DNA of 64,000 bases. Origin: Mobula hypostoma. Taxonomy: Eukaryota. Every line of letters begins with the position of its first letter. The first letter of the stretch is position 1. Shown piece after piece: positions 55,380 through 64,000 of the stretch. A program made the translations under genes and the position numbers. The notes under the pieces are model-generated. The model did no database searches. It was not told where the DNA came from and saw nothing but the letters and a program-made list of their open reading frames with translations. The stretch is taken from NCBI RefSeq assembly GCF_963921235.1, contig NC_086109.1, positions 35,714,001 to 35,778,000 of the forward strand, in the 5' to 3' direction.

Positions 55380-56030
55380 CATAGAGTCATAGTGTCACAG
55401 ACACAAAGAGCGTGAAAATAAGTCCTTTGGCCAAACCTGCCGTATAGATCAATCCCGGGTTTGGCCCATGAACTCAAAGTCTTTCCTATCTATGTGCCTG
55501 TCCAAATATTAAATTTTAATATACCTGTCTCAACCACTTCCTCTGGCAGCCCATTCCATATACTGACCAATCCCTAGGAGAAAATGTTTCCCCCTCAGGT
55601 TCCTGATACACTTCTTACCTCTTACCTGAAACCTATGCCCTCTCGTTCTTGATTCCGTGACGCTGGAGAACAGATTACATGCATTTCCTCATGAGTTTAC
55701 ACTTTTCTATAAAATCACTCTGCATTGTCCAGCACTCCAATGAAAACCACCCAGTGTTTTAAACCTCTCTCCTTAACTCCATCTCTTGAATCTAGGAAAC
55801 CTTCTCATATATCTCCTCTGCATTCTTTGCAGCTAAATGACATCTTTCCTCAAGCAGTGTGAACAAATCTGAACACAATATTCCAAATGTGACCTTGCTA
55901 GCATTTGCAATATAACATCCCAACTTCTGTACTGAATGCCCTTCTTCACAACCCTATCTACCTATGATGCCACTTTCAGGACACCATGTACTGGTACTCT
56001 TAGTTTCCTCTGTCATGGGACCTAGGACCC
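55380..56030 (-). mobile_element. Old CR1 3' fragment
   Basis: Starts catagagtcatag (reverse of the tail); contains caaccacttcctctggcagcccattcca. Confidence 0.75.
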
Positions 56031-56064
56031 ATCAAGGTGTAATTAGGAGTGGACTATAAAATCA

Positions 56065-56970
56065 AGCTTATTCAAGATTCAAGTTTGTTTAATTTCATTT
56101 CCAGTACAAAATGTACTGGAAATAATTGTTACTCAAGATCTGATGCAGCACAAATAGAAATTCAAGAAGACAAAGAATGCAATAATAATAAAAAAACAAT
56201 AAATAAAAATATGTAAGATAACTTGTACATATAGATTGACAGTATGTCCATAAAGTGACACAAGGTCACTGACAGGAAATAATAAATACGTGGTGGTTGA
56301 CGGTGTAGAGGTGTGGGTTGGAAGGTGAAGGTGTTGATCAACCTTACAGCTTGGCGAACTTTTTTTTAAACTCTGGTGGTCCTGGCATGGATGCTATGTG
56401 GCCTCCTCACTGATGGATGTGGCACTAACAGTTCATGAGCAGGGTGGGTGGGATTCTTCATCAAGATACCAGCCCTTTTCTAGCACCTTTCTACACTTAC
56501 ATATCTCCTTGATGGTGGGTAGACTAGTGCCGGTGATGCATTGGACAATTTTGACTACTCGTTGTAGAGCCTTCCTCTCTGCCACAATGCAGTTTCTATA
56601 CCATGCTGTGATGCAGCTTGTTAAGATGCTCTCTACTGGTGCATCTATAGGATAATATGAGTATGGATGTGCATAGTCCAGCTCCCTTTAGCCTTCTCAG
56701 AAAGTAGAGGTATTGATGAGCTTTCCTGATTGTGTGTATAATGCTTTTTGAGACCATAAGAGGCTGGGCAAGCTGTGTGCTCCCAAGAGTTTGAATGTGC
56801 TCACAGTATCCACTGCTATGCTTCTGATGTAACAAGGGGTGTGAGGGTGTGAGTTCTCCTTTGTCTTGTTTAACATCGTGGAAGATGCTATTTGCCTGGC
56901 ACCTGGCCTCGAGCTCTTCTACCTCTTCTCTGTACGCCATCTAATCATTGCTGGTAATGAGCCCAATATG
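56065..56970 (-). mobile_element. Rex1/Babar LINE 3' fragment
   Basis: Motifs AYREEVEEL and LYFLRRLK; (gaatctt) tail on the minus strand. Confidence 0.85.
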
Positions 56971-57144
56971 AGATTTACCAGTGAAATCCACATCCAGTGA
57001 CTGAAGACAAGTGACCTTATAAAGCACTATGATAAAATATTTTCGTGTAAAACATTCAGCGAGCAAGGCACAAGTAAAATGCTGTTTTACAGCTCTTCAA
57101 GAATAGACAAATTTCCCACGTTTTACCATCCCAGTAGCAATGAT

Positions 57145-58765
57145 TTAATCAGAATCAGAATCAGATTTATTACAATAATTATCACCAGCATGTGTCATGA
57201 AATTTGTTAACTTAGCAGCAACAATGCAATGCAATACATGATAATATAGAAAGAGAAAAAACTAAATAAGTAAATAAATTACAGTAGGAATATATGCATA
57301 TATTAAATAGATTAAAAATCACGCAAAAACAGAAGCAGTATATATTTTTTAAAAAGTGAGGTAGTATTCATGGGTTCAATGTCCATTTAGGAATCATATA
57401 GAAGAGGGGAAGAAGCTGTTCCTAAACCACTGAGTGTGTGTCTTCAGGCTTCTGAACTTCTTTCCGGATGGTAACAATGAGACTAGGGCACCCCTGGGTG
57501 AATGCAGTTCTTAATAATGGACGCCACATTTCTGAGGCTGCATTCCTTGAAGTTGACTTGCATACAATGAAGGTCAATAACCAAGATGGAGCTGACTAAT
57601 TTTACAACTTTCTGTAGCTTCTTTTGACCTTGTGTAGTAGACCTGCCACCCCCATACCAGACAGTGACGCAGCCTCTCAGAATGCGCTCCATGGTACATC
57701 CATAGAAGTTTTTGAGTGTTTTAGGTAGTCAAATTTCTTCAAACTCCTAATGAAATATGGCCACTTTCTTGCCTTTGTTATAACTGCATTGATATGTTGG
57801 GACCAGGTTAGGTCCTCGGAGATCTTGACACCCAGGAATTTGAAACTGCTCACTCTATCCACTTCTGATACCTATATAAAGATTGGTTTGTGTTTCCTTG
57901 TTTTACTCCTCCAGAAGTCCAGAATCAGCTCTTTCTTCTTACTGACATGGAGTGCAAGGTTATTGCTACAACACCACTCACCTAGCTGGTATACCTCACT
58001 CCTGTATGTCCTCTCATCTTCATCTGAGATTCTGAATTTATAGATGGTAGTTGAGCTGTATCTAGCCACATAGTCATATGTATAGAGGGAGTAGAGCAGT
58101 GGGCTAAGCACACACCCCTGAGGTGCACCAGTGTTGATCATCAGCGAGGAAGAGATATTATCCCCAAGCTGCATAGATTGCGGTCTTCCAGTTAGGAAGT
58201 CGAGGATCCAATTGCCCAGGAAGGTTCAGAGGCCCAGGTTCTGTAGCTTATCAATCAGGACTGTAGGAATGATGGTGTTAAATGCTGATCTATAGTCAAC
58301 GAACAGCATCCTGACATAGGTGTTTGTATTGTCCAGGTGATCTAAGGTCACGTGAAGAGCCATTGAGATTGCATCTGCTGTGGAGCCATTGAGATTGCAT
58401 CTGCTGTAGACCACTTGTGGTGATAGGCAAATTGCAGTGGGTCCAGGTTCTCAAAGCATTTCATCACCATCGATGTGAGTGCAATTGGGTGATAGACATC
58501 AAGGCACTCACACTACTCTTCTGAGACACTAGTGTAATTGTTGCCTTTTTAAAGCAGGTGGGATCTTCCACTGTAGCAGTGAGAGGTTGAAAATATCCTT
58601 AAATACTCCCACTAGTTGACTGGCTCAAATTTTCAGAGCTGTACCAGGTACTCCATCGGGGCCTGCCTCTTTGCGAGGGTTCACCCTCCTGAAAGACAGC
58701 CTAACATCAGCCTCTGAGATAGAGATCACAGGGTCACCAGTAGCAGCAGTAATTGCCACTCCTTG
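57145..58765 (-). mobile_element. Rex1/Babar LINE fragment, similar to 3715-5085
   Basis: Motifs [32 protein letters not shown] and FKFLGV; (gattct)n tail; a ~26-bp tandem duplication at about 58357-58408. Confidence 0.9.
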
Positions 58766-59295
58766 GCACCAGATGAGAATGACAAAAAACAGCAATGCAT
58801 TTGGGGTGATGCTAAGAATGTGGCGGTACATATTTGGTGGTGTGCTATTAATTCAAGAATTTTCAGATAAGGTAGGCGCGCCCGACCACAACATGCACGG
58901 AGCCGAAATTGAAATCAGAATGAGAAGTACATGTTCCCCATATTCTAGGATGCTTTCCATGGTGTTTGACATTTTTGGGGTCCAGAAGGATGGATAGTCA
59001 TGGTCCATGCACCCTGACGATATTGCTCAAACATTTTGGTGATACCAGTGGCCTCTGTGTAGATTAAAATTTCTGAGTGGTCAGATTCATGTAACAAAAC
59101 CTTATATATGGACTCTATGCAATACCAAAGGAAGCTTACAGCATCAATCATATCAAAGAACCCAGATGAAAAGTTTTCTGTTATATATTAGTTTGCTTAC
59201 TTTAGATTGCATCTAAGAATTTATCTTTTATTTTAGTACAAACACAAAGGTTTGATTAACAAACTGCAGATATCATAAAGTTAGCAAGAAATTGG

Positions 59296-59965
59296 CGGGA
59301 GGAGAAAATGGCGGCGCGATGCAGCTCGCAGCGGCCACTCAGGTGGTGATGTCTGTTATCTGCCATGCACAATCCTGATTTGATGGAGACAGACATGAGA
59401 GCATGGAGGAACATCTGGTGAAACTTCTGAAATGCCTGCTTCGCTGACGGTGCTACTGTGTGATCCAGAATCTCTGGAGGGGAAGGCCTCGAGTCCTCGG
59501 CTTTGCTTGTTGCTCGGTGGCCGGGGCGGAGTCGAAGCGCTCGGCAGAGGATGGTGCTCGGTGCTCGGTGTCAGAGAGGCTGGTCGGTGGCTCGAAGTTT
59601 TCGGACGGACTCAGAGTCCACTGCGGTCGGGTGCTTCCAATGCTGCTGCATCGGCAAGTTTGCGGCGCTTGGAGGTTCATGGCAGGGAGAGTTTCTCCCT
59701 TCTGCCGTCTGCGTGAGATGATGAGTCTATCGGGACTTTGAGTCTTTTTTTTACTGTGCCCATGGTCTGCTCTTTATCAAATTACGGTATTGCTTTGCAC
59801 TGTTGTAACTATGTGTTATAATTATGTGGTTTTGTCAGTTTTAGTCTTGGTTTGTCCTGGGTTTCTTGTGATATCATTCTGAAGGAACATTGTATCATTT
59901 TTTTAATGCATGCATTTCTAAATGACAATAAACGAGGACTGAGTGTCCTCATAATCTAATCTAAA
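59296..59965 (+). mobile_element. Non-autonomous retroelement, copy 3 of 3 (apparently full length)
   Basis: 5' ggcgggaggagaaaatggcggcg; CpG-rich body; tail (taatc)n. Confidence 0.8.
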
Positions 59966-62840
59966 TTTCTGAACTGAGAACAATATCACAGTCTTTGATT
60001 ACCTACATTTTTCTTTGGTTATGAATTTTCAGAAAATTATATTTTATAAAAAATATGATCAAGTAATTCAATGTAGCTACTTCTTTAAAACTGTTCTTTT
60101 ACCTGTCATTTATTTACCACAACAATTATTCATAGATAATCCATCTTCATAGTTTGAATGTATTCCTAAAGGACAAAATGCATTTTCATTAATAAACTCA
60201 TTTTATAAACAGCAACACCTGTACTTTAAAGTCATATTAGGTTGTTCATTGTGTCAACAATTGTGGTATATACTATGAAATGAACCACTAGTTGAATGTC
60301 CATTGAAAATAACCTTTCATCTGAACTCAGAGGCTATGAGCTGAGCAATATCAGTGTTAACTTCTGCCTGCCACAGATCTAATATTGCAAAACTCACAAT
60401 GTGTTGCCCAGAAGGCTATCACTTGCCTGTGGTGTTCAGATAAATGCTCATTCTTTAAGGTTTTCTTTTTTTTTCCTATTCTATCTTGGCAGAGATGAAT
60501 CATTCTTTTATGAATCATCACTACCCTGATAAACTGTATTTCTAATTTTATTAAGTGATTTGTAAATTTTCCGACGTATCAATTGATTCATTTTTCTTCT
60601 TTATAATGAATAACAGAAACCAAAATGTAACGAGACAACTATGGTTGCAGTCTTACCACATCAAATATTGTTAAAAGAATATTTTATCCCTAATTTATTT
60701 TGAAGGGGCTTCATTGTGACCAAGTTTAAAACTGGCAGAAAATGTCATTAGGGTCCAATTGACTCTGAGGAGCATTGATTAACATTCTCGATTCCAGCTC
60801 CCAATTAATTACAATAAGGACCTCATCTGCTGCCAAAGCCAGGAGCAATACAATCAGAACTCAACAGAAAAGATCACCATACTGTCCTCTTCTGTATCTG
60901 AATTTATTAAAATATTTCAGGAGTTGTTTGCATTTTTTAAATTAGAAAATGTTATTTAAGGCATTTCTTCAGGGATTTCACTGATCCTGTGTTGGGGTTC
61001 TGGCAGGAGATAAGGATACTGCCCATGGAAATGTAAGGATATCAATCCAAGTCTGCAGTACTGCAGTGCCAGGAGGGCAGATGCCCATTAAGTTCAAAGG
61101 CAAAGCGGAATTATGAGAGCAGGTGCTGCATAAAACTCCCTCTGGGCTGGCATTCAGTGTTTCCAAATAATTAGCCAGTTGAAAGCTTTATGCTTGAGCC
61201 TTACAGATAGCTTAAATCTAAATCAACATCCAGCACATTCAGTTTATTGATAACCTCAACTGGATTTTTCTTTATTTCTGCGCATATGTTAATCTGAAAT
61301 AGACTGTGCCTGGGAAAGAGTTTATTTTGCCTTTATTGTTTCATAGTCCCTTTTAATGCATTTACTGCAATGTTTATCGACTTGTTGGAATGTTAGATTA
61401 AAATATATTTTCCAGGAAAAGTTTGTTTCAGTAATAGCAATGGCATTTTTGTTTTCTAACTCCTGGAATACAATGTTTTATGGTTCAAGTATTACATGAT
61501 GAGAGACAGCATGACAGTAGTTCTCGACCACAGACATTGACATATTACTCTGCTGCCTACTACATACAAGCAACTCCGTTCGCTGTGAGTCAGTAAGGCA
61601 GAGTTGTGTCACTGGCAGTAAAGCTTGCAACATAAGGACAGTGCTGTTCTTAGCCAGTCAGATTTCCCCCAGTTTTTGTATTGCTATATCTGTAGCTTAT
61701 TTCAGTGTAACATGTTGCCTATACACACTTATTAAGCAAGTGACAGGCACATCGTCAGTAATTTCATCTCTCTTCTCCTGTTTCCAAGCCCTGCATGTGC
61801 AACGAGCTGTGACAAACCTATTTGCGTCTCATGCCAGGCAATCTCCACTGTTTCCCTCCAAGGAAAGAATCTCTTGATTTTCAAACACCTTGCCTTTACC
61901 TTATGAAATGGTGTTCACTGCCATCAAACTGCATGCCTCTTTCCTGCAGTTCTGGATTTGTTCCTCTCTTTCGATTTTTCTCCCACTGTTACTTATCATT
62001 TTCCTTTCCTTGGCAACTATACATCCTTAACAAAGACTGAAAACTAACAGCGGCATTTGTGTAAATACAAAGTATTTAATTCCAAACAGTGTTAAGTTTG
62101 AATTTGGAAGTAAAACCACTTTAGCATCACACTTTGGTATTATGACAAGTAGTTATTTCTTGAGCAGAAATTTTACTTGAAAGCGCATTGTTTAAATCAT
62201 CTAGGTATTAAAAGCTGTGTGTGCTAGGCTGATCAATCTTGTGTGAGGATACAAGAAACCATTTCTGCACAACATGCAGTTTATGTTAATCTTTGGACTG
62301 CAAAGGCATGTTAACTGCCAGGTCATGCAAGAATCAAAAATTTTACAACATAATCTCTCACCATGACAAGAGCTTAAATCAGTGGTTAAAGCACGAATAT
62401 CATTCGGGAATAGATTTTTCCAGATATACAGAGTGGGTGATTGGTGTAGACACCACTCATCTCCGGCTGCCAATGAAAGTGGTCTCTCAGAGAAAGGACG
62501 TGTGCAAAGTGGGAAGTATTGCAATCAGGTGCCCTTCATTCTCTCTCCACCTCCCCCCACCCCCACAACACTGAAGAGCAAGAAGAATGACTTAACTGTA
62601 AGATGGAAATCATCAGGAACATTATAAAGGTTCCATTACTGATGTTAGGTGGCTCCGGTGCTGTTGAATCTTCTAACTAATGATGGAGCAGCCCTTCTCC
62701 CTCCAATAAAGGTCGGCCCTATGTTTAAAGTCTGATGTTACTGCAGCATGCTCAGTCTATATGCATAAAGTCTTAGGGGTGGAGGGCAATGATGTAATTT
62801 ACCAAAAATCACTATGTACACAGTTTTTCCATATTCTATT

Positions 62841-63224
62841 TGTCATATTCTGGTCTGTGAAGTCCGTGTTCCGGTTCATGGTGCGGTCCATGATTCCTTG
62901 TTCTGGGGTTTCTGGTTTTCCTCAGTTTCTGTTGTGGGCACATGTTTCTCGTTTTGGAGCTGAGACATAAATACCTCTGCAAACCAGGGATTCCCTGCTG
63001 GACTGTCCTGTTCCCCTCCCTGTCTTTTCCCCCCTCACCTGACTCTCTGCCTGGATACCTCGCCTGAATCCTTGTCCAGTCTCTGGCTCGGGGTCCAAGC
63101 TCTAGTTTGCGTTCTTGTCCCTGCTCCTTGTCTGTATCCTGTCATGTCCCTACTCTAGTCAAGTCCTTGTACTTCAGTGTCTGTGTCTTGCATTTGGGTC
63201 CATTCCCAACACCCCATTGTGACA
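62841..63224 (+). mobile_element. Solo LTR (384 bp), same family as 48061-49218
   Basis: Termini TGTCA...TGACA; 5-bp TSD ctatt at 62836-62840 and 63225-63229; both ends are homologous to the reverse complement of 48061-49218. Confidence 0.9.
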
Positions 63225-63304
63225 CTATTAGATAATTCCAGCTAATTGTAGCACTTTAAATAATTGTCATGGTCACATACTATATTAAAAACTGGTATTT
63301 CTGC

Positions 63305-63720
63305 TTTTAGAACATAGGACATTACAGAACAGTTCACATCCTTCTGCCCAGGATGTTACTCTGACCCTTTAATCTACTCTGCGACTAATCTAGTCCTTCC
63401 CTTCTACATAACCTCTATTTTTCTATCATCCATGTGCCTAGCTAAGATTTCTTTAAATGTCCCATTTGTCTATTTGTCTCTACCATCACTCCTGGCTCTG
63501 TATTCCACACACTCACCACTCTTAAGTAAAAATACTGAGCTCTAACATCCTCACCTACACTTTCCTCCACTCACGTTAAAATGATTTCCCCTTGTATTCC
63601 CCAGTTCCAGCAATCCACTTGATCTATGGCTCTTATCGTTTATAAATCTCTGTCAAGTCACCTGTCATCCTCCTTCACTCTAAAGGGTAACATCTTAGCT
63701 CGTTCAACCCATTCTCATAA
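63305..63720 (-). mobile_element. Old CR1 3' fragment
   Basis: Starts tagaacatagg (reverse of the tail); contains tattccacacactcaccactct. Confidence 0.75.
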
Positions 63721-64000
63721 AATTAACTATTGAAACAGCTTAGCATGTGTTACAATGTTGAACATAACGTTCAGATGACATTGATTCAGGTTGGACACAA
63801 GACAAAAAGAACAAATAAATATTTGCTCCTTTTTCTCGAATTATGTTCACCACACTAGGTAACATAAATTATCAGAATAGTAAGCTGGCATTGGCTTCCT
63901 CTGCATCTTCAAGAACTACAAGTTAGAACTTAGTGAAGATAGCATAGGAGCCATTGTATTTTCATAACAAGATAACTGATATTAGAAATCCAGAGGGGGG

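Overview
Eukaryotic, repeat-rich vertebrate DNA. The repeat landscape (CR1, Rex1/Babar, RTE, Penelope-like elements, tRNA-type SINEs) suggests a cartilaginous fish, probably a ray or shark; this is inference. The only host coding sequence I can find is one 140-bp internal exon (38223-38362, +) of a group III metabotropic glutamate receptor, closest to GRM8. The rest appears to be two very large introns packed with decayed transposons. Main observations: (1) A Sleeping Beauty-like Tc1 element (24147-26358) has its 5' part replaced by a patchwork of about 1.2 kb: two inverted, roughly 98-99% identical copies of nearby intron DNA plus a Penelope 3' fragment. (2) Penelope-like 3' ends carry minimal hammerhead ribozyme motifs, and some occur as head-to-head hairpin units. 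(3) A Tigger/pogo element closely resembles human MER2 but keeps transposase coding sequence. (4) A 31-bp minisatellite has been amplified from a LINE ORF. (5) Two solo LTRs of one family differ about 3-fold in length. Family assignments and cross-species similarities come from recalled motifs, not database searches. Boundaries without a stated TSD or TIR are approximate.
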